Assembly: GCA_020891255.1 (NCBI GenBank)
Contig: BQFW01000012.1
Span: forward strand, 806,001-870,000
Direction of reading: 5' to 3'
DNA: 64,000 nt
From: Entomortierella parvispora E1425
Lineage: Eukaryota > Fungi > Mortierellomycota
How positions within the stretch are numbered: the first letter of the stretch is position 1; each line of letters opens with the position of its first letter. Below the pieces are notes generated by a model. The model was given only the letters and a program-made list of their open reading frames with translations. It was not told where the DNA came from and did not search any database. The position numbers and the translations under genes were made by a program. Shown piece by piece: positions 11,326-24,299 of the stretch.

Positions 11326-12653
11326 ATGAAGAGCGCGCTCACCTCCCTCCTGGTCGCCGCTGTGCTAAGCTCCGCAGCTCATGCCAACACGCCCTTTGCA
11401 GCCACCAAGGCTCCCGTCGATGTCAGTACGTAACTGAACTGGTGCTCAAGTTCATTTTTATCATCCTACACTTTTCTTTCTCTGCTAATCTTACTCTTTA
11501 ACATTGGTCCTCAGCTCTCTTTGTCATGTCTCGATGCCCAGATGCGATCCGCTGCGAGTCGACCTTTTCTGAAGTCTGTAAGATTTTTTGTGCTTTTCTT
11601 GGGTTGAAAACAGAGTAGATCTCACATTCCTGATTTTCTTGGAGGGACTCGCATCAAGCGCTCTTGCACTCATTTTTGTACCTTTCGTTTCGTTTGGTCT
11701 ATTTTTTTTTTTTTTTGAAATGCTGGAATCCTGGAATCATAAACACACCCACACGAAAAAAAAAAAGTCAAGAGCAAATCTCTGCCCGAGATCAATCCCA
11801 CGCTCTCCTTCATTGGCGCTCTGGACGAATATACCTCGACCCATTGGTCCACGATGCCTTCCGTCCAGAGTTCGTCCTTGACCTTGACCACGACTACGAC
11901 CGTGACCTCGACTGTGACCTGCAAACACGGACCGTTGGAATGTGCAGGCAACATTCAACAGCTGTGCTTCCGAAACCTATTCTTAAACGATTGGAGAGTG
12001 TGGTATGCCTTTGTCATTGGTTCCAACTCTTGGGAACCGAGACGGATTGGCGAGGAGGCCTATGCTCTTCAAGTTGCGGAGAGGATTTTGAAGAATCTAG
12101 AGCCCTGGTCAGACAACGCTCCTCAGGACCCGGATCCAACCATCAATGGCATCTGGGGGACCAAGGCTGAGGATTGGACGAGCTTTCCCTATGATGCAAC
12201 TCGTTCCGTCGAATACATCTTGCAGGATTCTTTTGCTGACGAGAAGATGACCCCACAGTCATCTCTGACGGACCCTGACCCTGGGTCTCCAACCTTGAGA
12301 GAGTTCCAAACATGCTTCCAGGGGCCCCAAGGATTTGAGTTCCTGGTCCAATCTGTACAAAACACAATCGATCATGGTGTCACGTAAGTTTGCTGCCTTG
12401 TCTTTTCTCTTTCAAGATACAATGTTGGAGGATTCCAAACAAAAAAGAGCTGACCTAACCATTTTTTTTTATCTTGGCTCTCTCCAGCACAAGCTGTACC
12501 GTTTTCATCGACAACAAGAAGCGCTGTGTTGTCGATGGTGGCGTATGGCGCGAATGTCCTGGCGGTCATAGCATCCCAGACTTTGTACGCTCCATTACCG
12601 AAGCCGCCAACTCTTTCAGATTCTATCTCACCAGTCGAATCTTCCGTCTGTGA
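11326..12653 (+). CDS. GILT-family (gamma-interferon-inducible lysosomal thiol reductase-like) secreted protein, 4 exons
   Basis: Signal peptide MKSALTSLLVAAVLSSAAHA. Spliced TLFVMSRCPDAIRCE, signature CKHGPLECAGNIQQLC, and C-terminal SCTVFIDNKKRCVVDGGVWRECPGG; stop at 12653. Confidence 0.8.
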
Positions 12654-12732
12654 AGAAACGATTTTATTCCTCTTGATGAATTAAAAGAATCAAAGGTGTT
12701 TAAAGAAAAACAAACCCAAGAATATCAACCCT

Positions 12733-15700
12733 TTAATGAGAGACTACAGCCTCTGCAGCAGTTTCAGTTTCAGCTGTTGCCGCCTTGTCCGTGTTGGAGC
12801 TCGTCACCGGGATTGCATGTTTACCAGCTAGGATAAACTCATATGTCAACGGCAAATGATCTGACCACATTCGGCGCGAGAACAGCATTTCATCAAAGAC
12901 ATGCTCTGGTTCCGGAGTCGCGTACATGCGATAGATCAGCTTGTCAGTGTTGCCACCCTGGCCGGCAATGGATTCATTGCCACGGGATGCTGACAGAGGC
13001 GAGGCTGAAACAGGTGTGGTGGGATGGAGCGAAGCGGCACCAGTTGTGGTCGCGGTGGCAAACGTTCGAATCGACTCCAACGACGGCTGACGATGCAGCG
13101 ATGATTGGGGGCGGGACAATGGTTCTGTGCGCGAAGAAGATCCATTGTTGGTGGTGGCTTCGGTCGAAGAAGATGGGGAGATTGAGAACGAGGGGTAACC
13201 AGTTGCAATTCGGGGCGACGAGGACGCGGAAGAGATTGCGGTGTGGGTCCTGTACAAACTAGATCTGACAGTGGACTTCAAAGATCGGATCGAGGCACTG
13301 TCCAAAGGATCCTCCTCCAAGTGCTGCTGCAATTGCTGAGAAATGGGCGTGGGGATCACAGACGAAGCGGTATAAGGGTGGTCCCATTCAAACTGGTGGA
13401 GAACACTTTCAAAGGGATGCTCCTTTGTCTCTGCATTCTCCAGTTCCTTTTCCAGCGTCGTAGGTCGGATCCAGAGGACCTTGCCCGCTGGAACCAAAAC
13501 AGGGACAGCTTTGCTACTAACCCTGCTGTTGGTCTCATCGTCTTCATGATAATAGTCGTCCTCGTAAACCTCCTGATGCTTCTGCATTTCTCGGTGCATG
13601 GCTCGGCGAATATCCATGAATTCTTCCAGCAAATGTTCTTCCTTGGTCAATCTCCATCGGATCACCTTCTGCACAATCTCTAAACCGATACTCTTTTGAG
13701 CGGGTGGTGCTTTAGACTTGGCAGATGCCTTGGCTTGCTTCTTCTTTTCCCTTTCTTCACGTCGGCTCTTTCGTCTCTCTTGCCGTCTCTCGCCTCGAGT
13801 CTGTTCTTGAGCAGGCTTACTCTGGTCCAGAACAGAGACGGCTCTCTCCAGCTCAAGACCCTCGCCTTCCTCGGCCAGTAACTGATCAAGGGTGTCCGAT
13901 GCATCGTGCAAGAGATCTTGGGGCTTCATCTCGGGAGAAGATGAAGACGATCCTGAATCGGACTGAGGAGGCGACAAGGGACTTGTCTGGACAGGTGTAG
14001 CTGGGGGTGGTGGAGGTGGTCGCATTGCCAAGAGTGCGTTCATCGCATGTCCAATGTTGCGAACAGTCCCCAATGAGAGACGGCCAACAACATCATCACC
14101 ATATGAAATGCTGGTAACCAACTATTATAGAATCCCAAGAAAAAAGAGATGTTAGTTGTTGTCTAAAGCTGTTGCCCGTGCAGTTGTTCGATACCATGAT
14201 CAAAAGAGTCCTGCTTTACCTTGATAGCGCGCTTGCTCATGCGGGGGCACATCACCTGTGGAGTTCCATAAGCATAGCATCGAACACGGCGACCGGCAGG
14301 CAAGAAGCTGGATTCACTTGCACCCAACACTGGCGAAGAACCTGCAGAGGAGGAGGCACGACGTGGCGAATAGCCTGGAAGGTAGAATTGTTCTGCTTCT
14401 TCGGTTCGGAGACTCTTGACACCACTGACACCGCTCAGACCCAGACCCAGGTTCACACCAGACCCCAAGCCCGAGCTTGCAGAGGATGGTGGGGAGGCTG
14501 AACTGGCTCTCGTAGCACCCTTGTTAGCAGAGAGGCTGTGTCCTGGGGTCTCAGCAGTCAAGCCTGTTGCAGGATCTGCCCAAAGCATTGACAAGATCGA
14601 GGCAATACCTGCACCTAGAGAATGACCAATTAAGAGCAACGAGTAGTCTGGTCTTGACTCTAGCGCATCCTTGACCTTCTCTTGGATACCAATCGTGTCA
14701 GCAGCAGCAATGGTTCTGGCTGCTTTCAAGAAACCGCCATGAACCTTGAAGGGTCTCTTCATTTGAGCACCGTTCGCGGAGGGGATGATGCTGCTCGATC
14801 CAGTGGTGTCGTGGTCGAGCCAGAGGTCTGCAGCGTCGCAGGTCAAGTCAATCATGAGGTCGTGAAGGGATTTTGTGCCTCGAAGGACCAAGACAATCTG
14901 CTTAGACTCGGCATCGTCCAAAAGGTAGTATCTAGGACTGTAGAATCCATCATGAACTGTCGCTGCTGTATCTGAAGAGTACAAAATCGAGCCCAATGGT
15001 GTTCCAGTGTACTGGTGAAAATGATGATCTGTAGCCGCATCGGGTGAGTACTCTTGTCCATGATCAGGGACATGCGCAGGGTATCGCTCTGGGGCACCCA
15101 TGAGCTCCAGGATGGTGGATCCATACATCGCGGAGCAGAATCTGGAGAACCGATACGAGGCTGCCAAGAGGTTGGTCAACTCTGGGTTAGGTGAGGAAGC
15201 TGGGCGGTTCGCCTGAATGTAGCTTTGTACAGGAGGAGGGGCATTTCGGTGACGACCCTCGCACTGTTCCCTCAGTTCGAGGGTTCTCTGTTCTGCCAGG
15301 ATCTCATCCTCGGTCATCAGTCCCTGCCAAGCCTCTGGCCAGGCACCGACTGCACTCCAAGCGGTGTTTGACCCTTCGTTTTCATCTCGAGACTCCAAGC
15401 ATTCTCCGACCAGACGACATTGGGTCCTGACACGGATTGTTTCCCACTGCTCCGATGTTGCAAACTGGATTGCCACGTAAGCCATCAGCAATCGCATCCC
15501 TTCCAAAGCAGGGTACCCTCCAGATCCTTCGCCTTCCTGAGTAAACTCTCGGCTCAAAATCGCCCAGACCTCACGGAAGGTCTCTCCTGTCTGGGAGGTG
15601 CTGTCCGGTCCAAAGAGCGAATCCATCAGATCAAGTCCATCCTGGACCGTGTTCAAGGCCAGGTTCACAGATCCGTCCACCGTCTCCAAGATCGTCTGGA

Positions 15701-16241
15701 CAAGGATGTCACTAAAGTTGATTCCCAGCAGGGCCTTACATTGAGAAGAAAGATTGAACGGTTAGACTTTTTTTTAACTGTTTTTCCCTCCCTTTTCCCG
15801 TCTACCCCACAAAAAAAAATCATCTCAAAAACTTACGGCACGGAAGGGTAGCGAGGCAACAAAGGCTGGGGACAGACCCCTTGATCCAGGTTTGTTCCCT
15901 CCACCCACAAGTCCATTCAAGGCCATGCTCAGGACTTTATCGATTCCAGACACAATTGTCCTTGCAACACCAAGTGAGAGACTGGTCGAGACCATGGCTA
16001 CTTTGAGCGCAGACGAGATGGCCACTTGGGAGAGAGCAATGTAGGCGGACAATGGAATCGGTGGGTTGGCTGACAAGGTCATGGTCGACACTGGATCTGT
16101 GGAAGAGAGCTGAGTATTGTTGTCGATGGCTCTGTTAGATGTAGCCGTGGTTGTCATGGTGGTCGAGGTGGTGGGTGTAGAGGAATCGGGTTCAACGTTT
16201 CGATCGGGTTGGTCCACTGCATTGGTCCGATACGGGGCCAC
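12733..16241 (-). CDS. Class 3 lipase (Lipase_3 / DAG-lipase-like), 3 exons (16241-15837, 15734-14220, 14121-12733)
   Basis: IVLVLRGTKSLHDLMIDL, VHGGFL, nucleophile elbow LIGHSLGAG, VTSISYGDDVVGRLS and C-terminal SDHLPLTY. Confidence 0.85.
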
Positions 16242-17405
16242 AGCGGTGGTATCTAATCAAGGTTCAAGTATGAGAACAGGACATTCTGGTACAAAGATAC
16301 GCTGTCAAGGATGGGGCGATCAAATTACCTTGCAAGCGATGATTTCGAAGGGTGTGATCCACACCAAAGGTGCTTCTGATGGACTGTGCCGATGGCCCTA
16401 GAGATGGTAGGGTCGGGTATAGGTTGGACATGGTATGTGATGTTTTGTGTGTGTGTGTGAAAAATGTGTTTTGCCAGAGAGTAGTGGGTATAGTGGAGAC
16501 AAGAAGAAAGGGTCTGACGAACGAATTGCTTGCTGCAAAAGGAAGACGGCGTCCCTTTTATAGCCTTTGTCATGGCTGGTGCGGTGGCATGTGCAAATGG
16601 ACACGACGCAAACCGTTGGGGACAGACAGGGCATCAAATGGCTCTTTTTTTCTTAGCTTGAACGACCTTTCCGTACTGCAATCTTTCTGCTCGCCTGTAA
16701 GCTGGTGACATTTGCCTGTGTATGCCCTTCACCATTTCCAGTAGGTCTCAAGCAAAATACAAAGGACAGGTTACAGATGGGCACCCAAGAGCGGGCACAG
16801 CAGAGTGAAATGCCAAGAACGCTTCTTGTCGCACTAATTTCTTTGACAAATCCTATTTCGTCACTTTATCTCACCCCTTTCAGTTTTGTCGGAGCTCCTC
16901 AAGGTGTCTCTTTGCTCGCGCAGGGGCCAAGTGCCGTTCCCTTGGACGCTCTCTCGTGCTTCTTGGCGTTTTCTGACAACAGGCAGCGGGGGTGACACCA
17001 CACGCTAACCGAAGCCGTATTTGACCCGAGCAAAAAAAAAAAAAAGGAAGAATGGGAGAAGAGAACTGATGGAGTTTTTTTTAATCTTTGAAAGGAAGAA
17101 GCATCGTGAGAGTTGAAAGCATGAAGAGTAGGCAATGGAAAAATACTGCAAGAAAAGGAAATGAAGTGACAAGCACTACTCTGCAACAAGGCCTTCTTCG
17201 GACCCGCTCAACTCTTTCTCACAAAAAGAATAATAGTAAAAAAAGACCTGTTCTGTCCTCCTCCTCCATCTAGTCCACCTTGTGTTTGTTGTTACTGGTG
17301 TAATGTGGTGTCCATGTGTGTTAGTGTGTTTGTTTGTCTGACTCGCAAAAAGAACTGTTGACTATAAAGATATAAAGATGGAGGTCCAGTGCCTTTCTCT
17401 CAATC

Positions 17406-20312
17406 TTACAACGTCTTCTCTGCATCGCCTTGGCCCAACATACTGATCACCCGTCTGGCCAATCCAACGATCTCACCACTATCATCGTTTACATTGCCGT
17501 TCTCGTCCATGGATTGATGTGGTGAGCTCGAGTCAAAGGTCTGGGTCAAGCGGCGGACCTCGGGTATAATCTCGGGCGAACGTGTAATCAGGTCCATCAA
17601 CTCTGGGTCTCGCCCTTCCAGGAACTGGACAATAGTCCAGATCGCAATGTGCTGAAATGTCGTATCCACACTGCCCAAGAATCTTGACAGGTAGCCATGA
17701 AGCCCTCCAGAAGGTGCATCCCAGACGCTGATAAATGGACCATAGTCCTGGACCTTGGAAGACAAGTTGCCGATAGCTGCTGCACTGTTGCCCTGCACTT
17801 CTACGCTCTGGGAGTCTGTCAAAGGAATTAACACATCCAGTGCTCCCAACTGAAGAAGCCTTGGCTTTAGCTCATCTAATGAACATAGTAGATTCTCAGT
17901 TAGAAGACAAATAAAAGAGCAACGATACATAGATATCTGGCAGATTATCTTACCACTCAGGGCCAAAACTGCGACACAAGCAGTCATCTCTGACTGGACA
18001 CTCAGAGGGACCTTCAGTACCAAGTGGCAGACGCGCTCAACAGCGCCAGCCTCCACAATGGCCTTCTTATTGCGCTCGCTGCTAGCTGCGAGATTACGCA
18101 GAGTCGAGATGGCATGGCACTGAATCTCCTCATTCTCATCATAGGCCAAAAGATCGATCAGAGGATCCAAAAATCCGGCATCGATGATGGGTGACTCGTT
18201 CAAGGGGTGAATCGAGATGTTGCGAATGCAGGCTACCGACGAAAGAATCAGGGGAAGGAAGGTGGACTTCAGCAGGCGGAGTAAAGGCGTCAATCCTCTT
18301 GATCTAACGATCTCCAGCTGATATTTTTCGTCTGATGCCAAGTTGCGAAGGGCCAACGCTGCTTGACACTCGACCTTGAGACTAGTCGAATCCATCAATC
18401 CAATAAGAGAATTGACAAGCTTGGGTTCCGTTTGTGCGAGTTTTTTCCTGTTAGCACTATCGACGGCGATATTACTGAGAGCGGTCGTGCAGTAATACTG
18501 CACATCTGTGTCGGGTGAGCTCAAAAGACTGACAAGTACAGGGATGGCTCCTGCACTGACAAGCTGTTGTCGGTTCTCATCCGAGTGTGTCATGTTGAGG
18601 AGTGCACCAGTCGCGTTTCGCTGCACACGCATGTCTTTTGACTTTGCCAATCTTGTCAAGGGGACAAGAGCTCCAGATTTAGCGATTTTAGTCTTGTTCT
18701 CATCTAGAATAATGCATTCCAATTAGTCAAAATACTAAAGCCCCAGATCAGGAGAAAAGCTAGTTTTAAACCTACCATGAGTGGCAAGATTCGTGATGCA
18801 TCCAACAGCGTTGCATTGGACCTCCACATTCGGGGATAACATTTGACGGATAAGAGGATCCAGTCCGCCAAGTTTAACAATCAACAGTTTGTTCTCGGCT
18901 ATCACAATAACAATGGAAGCACCATACGTCAGTTGGTGACTCTGTGAAGTACCACCCGACCTCAGTTTTTACGCATGATCGCCTTACTGTTGACGGCCAA
19001 GTTTCCAAGCGCGGCGGATGCAGCTCTCTGGACCTCAACATCATGAGATTGGAGAAGAAACAAAACAGGTTCCAGAGTGTCTCTATCCACGTTTCTCACA
19101 TCTAGGCAAGAACAGGAGGTAAAGAACGTGAGAATTTTGTCTAGAGCTCAACTTACGTAACCAGCTCCAATCCGTGTAAGATGAAAACAATCTCCATGAA
19201 ATAAAATTGGGTGGGCACAAAAAAAAAATACCTTTTTCTGTGATCTCAGCAAAGGCAAGGGCCGCAGAGCGTTGCAGGTCGACATTGTCCGAAAAGGCGA
19301 GAGTGGACAGAGCACGAAGAGGGTCTCCTTCGAAAAAGTTGGTTTCTGTACGGTCTATATCGTGGGAAGGCAAAAAAGAGTCAGTTGTTCTGTTCAGCGC
19401 GTCATCAAAATATCCTCACCCCTTCCAGAAGGTGGACACGTCAAGATGAGAACACAAAAAAATCAAGGGACGAAAGCTCGGGCTGCAAAATAGAAACGAC
19501 CCACCAACACTACAACCACAACCGCCACCACCACCCAGTTGGACCATCCCATCCAATGATCCCAAGGGAGTAAACAAAATCTCCCGCATGAAAATGGACG
19601 TCCGCGCCCGTCTCAATAAAATAGCAAGTATATCATATCAGTGCCTCATACTCCAATACTGACTTTGACCAGATAGTGAGAGTGAAAGAGAGATTGCGTG
19701 TGTGCGTGCGTGCGTGCAAGAGAGACATGAAGGAATGAAAGAGGCTGGGAGGAAGAGGCAAACTGGCGGCGAGAAAGCAGCGGTAAACGTACGCACGCGT
19801 TCACATAATTCCCGTGTGACAGTCTGCTCCGCGAGCCCCTTCTTGGGCAGGATCATGGCCCTCTCCTTGAATCTCTTGGCACATTTGCGGATTGACGTTG
19901 CATCGCCAAGCAGTAATCCGTCTTATGCAAAGATCCTGTTGCTGGCCATCCCAGTGAAAATAACCTGCGTTTGGACGCCTTTTTTCCCACCCATTGTTCC
20001 CGAGGTTGTGATCAATCCGTCCCTGAGATGTGGGCAGGTGCGCGCTGACCCGCCATCCAGTCGTACCGCTTGGGACAGACAGACTGCAGTAGAAACTTAC
20101 TCTCCAAAAACTGCAGCAAGTCCGCGACAGCCTCGCGTTCATTCTCTTGCAGCAATGGCTCGTAAAGGCCGTTTCGAGTGCGGTCTGTGGATGTGCAGGA
20201 GCGAATGCATGAGCAGATAGTGGTCAGTCAATTGCTCGCGTGTATAGCATTAGCACTGTGGCAAACATTCATCAAGAAGCTTACCGGCACAGCAACTTGA
20301 GCAGGCACCCAT
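17406..20312 (-). CDS. VAC8: Vacuolar armadillo-repeat protein VAC8, multi-exon
   Basis: N-terminal MGACSSCCA (myristoylation/palmitoylation type), [48 protein letters not shown] and ARM repeats ([23 protein letters not shown]). Confidence 0.95.
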
Positions 20313-21632
20313 GGATGAGGAGTCCTTGTATGGTTAGAGGATGTGAGGATAAAGGAAACTGGAGTATGAAGATTATTAGATTAAGAAAAGAAGAGGGAAA
20401 AAAAAATTGTGCGTGTGTGCGGGATGGGATGGGATGGGAACAGGGAAATGAGAGCGCACTTGTTGAACAGACGGACAGGCAGCTGGGTGTTGAGCAACAG
20501 AACAGAAAAAAGGGAGGGAAGCAGCAACGATGACGGTGGCGGGGGGTGAGGGTGGCGAGAGAGGAGAAGAGAAGGGAGAGAGAAAGAGAAAGAGAGCCCT
20601 GCGGGTGTGTGCTGAGAAGAGGAGCGGGTCAGGATGACTTTTGTCAGGTGGTGCGGAGGTCGGTGGAGTAGAGACAGACTGGAGAGCAAAGCAAGGTGGA
20701 GGAGAAAGTGCCCAAGAAACGACCGAATAGAAAGTCGAACAACCGCAATGCACAACACACACAACAAGGGGCGCGCATTCTTTGTTGCTTTTGTCTTTTT
20801 TCGTTTTCGTCCGTTCTTTCGTTCGTCGGTCCACATTTTGACCAAACCGGCCTTCTCTGTCGTTTCCTTTCCTGCGACGACGACCACGACCACACCAACA
20901 GTCTGCAAGAGCACGTACACGCACATTCAGCTGGTCGAACTCTGCATCGCATGGCAGAGTCTACTGGGCGAGCATAAAGGGACTGCAAGGAGGCAAGGGG
21001 TTCTCGACAGTCTCTTCTTGGCTGTCTGTCTGTCTGTCTGTCTTGTCGGTTGTGGGATAATTTGAGGACACAGGGCGGCTTCAAAAAAAAAAAAAAAAAA
21101 AAAAACTGCACCGCCACTGCGCGAAGGCAACAGATGTGAGAGCCACGAGCCAAAGCCAGAGCTTGCCAATACCAACATCAGCATCAATGCCCACGCCAAT
21201 GCTCCTCTCCACCCTCCTCAGCACATATCAGCGGAAAACAGATTCAGTTGGGTGGACCCACCTTTTGTTGGTAAAGTAGGCGATAGGAGTGAGTTGGAGT
21301 AGAATGGAGTGGTTCAAGGTGAGAAACGGAATCAACAGGGAGAGAACAGAAGGGTGTGTGGGGGGAAGAAGGAAGCGACTGTTGCTAGCGCGAAGGCGAG
21401 AAAGAGAAGCAAACAGAAAGATTGCATGCGAACCTTGCTCGCATCTTCAAAATGGATGCTTCTCTCCCCTCTTCAATTGCACATCCGCACAGATTTCTTT
21501 AATTGACCATCGAAGATTGGGCAAAGCCACGCTGTCCTCCTGCGCCACAGGGTGAGCTGAGTTGGTGGCAAAAAAAAGGGCTGTTCAAAAAAAAATCCAA
21601 AAATATCGCACTTTTATTTACAAAGAGGAGGC

Positions 21633-22853
21633 CTACGAAAAGTGTTCAGGCCGTGGCATGGCCATGACTAGGGTAGATGGGGTTGGTCCAGATTGACTTT
21701 GGTACTGGTTGCCATAGGGAGACTGCTGGTGTGGAGGGCCCATCATCATCGGGTAAGTGCCTCCTACTGGTTGTTGCTGCTGAGGGTATGTCTGATGGCC
21801 ATACGGGTTGTTAGAACTATCATAGGTCTGGTATCCGTCGTAAGCAGATGCGGACATGTTAGACATGGCGGATCCTTGCTGAACATGGCCTGCGCCTGGC
21901 TGTGGTAGATATCCTTGGTTGTTGTAACTACTGGTGTTTCCATGGTGACTACCATAATTATAACCACTGGGCCCAACTCCTCCTGCCGGGGACGGGTAGC
22001 TGGCTTGGGGAATATGTCCTCCACTACCTTGATAAGTGTTGTAAGGTGATACGCCACCACTATGTGGAACTGCAACCGCTGGCGGCGTCGCCACGATAGG
22101 AGCGCCCGTTGTCAAGGAGGGATCTTGATATACATTGTCTGAAAAACGTCCGCCTGTTGTGGCCCCCATAGTAGTAGCTGGACTCAAAAGTGATGTACCA
22201 GGACCAGTTGCGGTTGGATGAGAAATGGGTGGAGAGTCCTCAGCATTCTTGGGCTCTTCTGAACCAGGTAGCTCTCCATTCTCTTCAGCGCGACGGTACT
22301 CCGAGGGCGAAGGGCCGAGCTGGTAGGTGCCTCCAACCTTGACTTGGGACGCCTTCTTATCACGGACAGCCTTCTGGACAGAAAAGGTTATAAGAATTCC
22401 TGCAGTTGCCATGAAGAAGAGGGCCGATATGATACAAAAAGCGGTGGACGCAAACATGGACTGACAGGCTCGCATGAAGTTTTTATCATTCGTATCCTTG
22501 CCAGTGGAGGGGAGAACTTTACAGGAGACGTTGGTCATATTATTGGCTGGCTTGGCAATTCCTCCGACGGCAGCGAGGATCCAGACCAGAAGTGCGAAAC
22601 CGACCCAACAGCCCTCAATCGTCGCATTAATGGTCCGCCCTGATTTTTGGCGAAAAACCAGCACAAGTGTCGTAAGGGTGGATATGAGAGCAAAGACGAG
22701 TGTGGCACAGGCGATGGCAGAGATGGAGCCGTTGTCGGGGGACTTTGGGTAAGCTGAGAGGTAGAGACAGCAGCAGACTACTACAATGAGGCCTGAGAAA
22801 AAAGATCCGAGCTGAACCAGGAACAAGGTCCTGGATGTCGGCGACAGATTCAT
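21633..22853 (-). CDS. Four-TM (MARVEL-like) membrane protein with a long P/G/Q/Y/S low-complexity tail
   Basis: Single 406-aa ORF with four hydrophobic segments in the first ~160 aa, then a disordered tail. Family assignment rests on topology only. Confidence 0.6.
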   Translation of the reverse strand: MNLSPTSRTLFLVQLGSFFSGLIVVVCCCLYLSAYPKSPDNGSISAIACATLVFALISTLTTLVLVFRQKSGRTINATIEGCWVGFALLVWILAAVGGIAKPANNMTNVSCKVLPSTGKDTNDKNFMRACQSMFASTAFCIISALFFMATAGILITFSVQKAVRDKKASQVKVGGTYQLGPSPSEYRRAEENGELPGSEEPKNAEDSPPISHPTATGPGTSLLSPATTMGATTGGRFSDNVYQDPSLTTGAPIVATPPAVAVPHSGGVSPYNTYQGSGGHIPQASYPSPAGGVGPSGYNYGSHHGNTSSYNNQGYLPQPGAGHVQQGSAMSNMSASAYDGYQTYDSSNNPYGHQTYPQQQQPVGGTYPMMMGPPHQQSPYGNQYQSQSGPTPSTLVMAMPRPEHFS

Positions 22854-23500
22854 GACGAAAGAATGCTGAGTGGATGAAGCTGGGAAGGAGGTTGTGATGG
22901 ATTGAGCAATGAGAGGGATTAATGAAATTGAACGGGTACGAAGTTAAGAAGGAAAGAAGTTCAAGAAAGAGGGCCAAAAATATATTTAACTAGCTTTTTT
23001 TTGTTCACCATGACGACAGTCCATGATTTACGCACAAAAATACTTTTTGTTGGAGTAGATCTTGACCCACGGCCAATGCGGGCTTTGGGTCGCACAGGGG
23101 GCCGATAAGGAGGATGAGGGGACGAGGGGGAGAACGAGGGCAATACCGAGCCGTGGATGCTCGCTCACTGAGCCGTAGCGTGGAAGTGCAGACGGAGGTG
23201 GTTTGCTTGCACCCTGTCAGAGTCTGACACTGAAAGGCTGTAGCACTTCATGTTTTCTCTTGGCACAGTTCTTCTATCCACTCCCTGCATCCGCAATTTA
23301 TATAAAAGAGAACAAATAAGCACAGGCCAAGAACCACAAGCAGTCCTTATTCTCCAAACACTGCTCTCAAATAATAAAAGTCGAATTCAGTGAAGGTGGT
23401 TGTCCAGCGGCAATTGCAGTTCAGACTAGAGCAGTCAGCTTTTTATGCTGTTTTTATACAAAATATTCTCATGTCTTTATTCATTTCGGGGCGTTTGGTT

Positions 23501-23947
23501 TTACTTGCCATGCTGAGGAGACTGGATCTCACCCTGCATGATGATTTGCTCTGCGATCGCCGCATGATCCTCAGTGTTGAAGATGGATGCCAAATCGGAC
23601 TTTGCAGGGCGAGCAACCTTGCCCTCAAAGCCCTTTCCTGTCACGGTTTGGTAGATCTCAAAGGCTATCAGAGGGTGCAAAAAAGAAGGACATTAGATTT
23701 CACGGCGCTGGAAGAAAGGGAGGAATAGTACCTAGGCAAGCAAAGACTTACACTGGACAACATCGACAAGTGCGATCGCGGGCTGGTGCATGTCGCTTTC
23801 CTTCACATGGCGCTGGTGGTTGCCGCCGGGACCCTGGTGAGATCTCTGGGCACGATACTTCGCAGCCATGCCGGGCTCGGTCATGATGAAGACGTCGGGC
23901 ATGTGGGAGCCGGGGACGTTGGGGGCCTTGTAGACGACTTTCTCCAT
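23501..23947 (-). CDS. Small SBDS N-terminal-domain protein (RTC3-like), exons 23947-23752 and 23664-23501
   Basis: GTAAGT...ATAG intron joins ...ALVDVVQ-S-FEIYQTVTGKGFEGKVARPAKSDLASIFNTEDHAAIAEQIIMQGEIQ, matching the SBDS-N pattern. The ORF track misses exon 2. Confidence 0.75.
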
Positions 23948-24299
23948 GGTATTTTTCTGGTTTGGTTTGAGGTAACGGGAGTAAGGGGATGAGTGTGTAG
24001 ACTGGGAGTGAATAGAAAGAGGGTGATGATGAAGTGAAGAAAAGAGAGGAAAAGCTTTTCCTCTTTATATATGATAGGGAAGTCCAAGAGGTTCCAAGAG
24101 AACCTGAAAAAAATGACAACACAACTACGATACGATTCGCGTCCAGTCTTGTCTCACCCGCGAAAAAGTTCGGATGGGCAATGTGGTCACGTGCCACGTG
24201 ACTGCGAGACGCGACCGTTGAAGAATGAGGATTGCATTCATCACGCGCGAACATTCATGGTTGTCCGTCAAGTCTTCTCTTGCCAAGCGCCCACTTTTC

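Noticed and set aside
17876-17953. Extra 26 aa ([26 protein letters not shown]) inside the long VAC8 ORF
   Set aside because: It is an ordinary 78-nt GTAAGA...CTAAC...TAG intron that happens to be in frame and stop-free, not a novel insertion.
19347-20100. Alternative VAC8 first exon ([10 protein letters not shown]...) inside the ~750-nt intron, which would remove the lipidation motif
   Set aside because: It needs a weak GTGGTG donor and has no other support.
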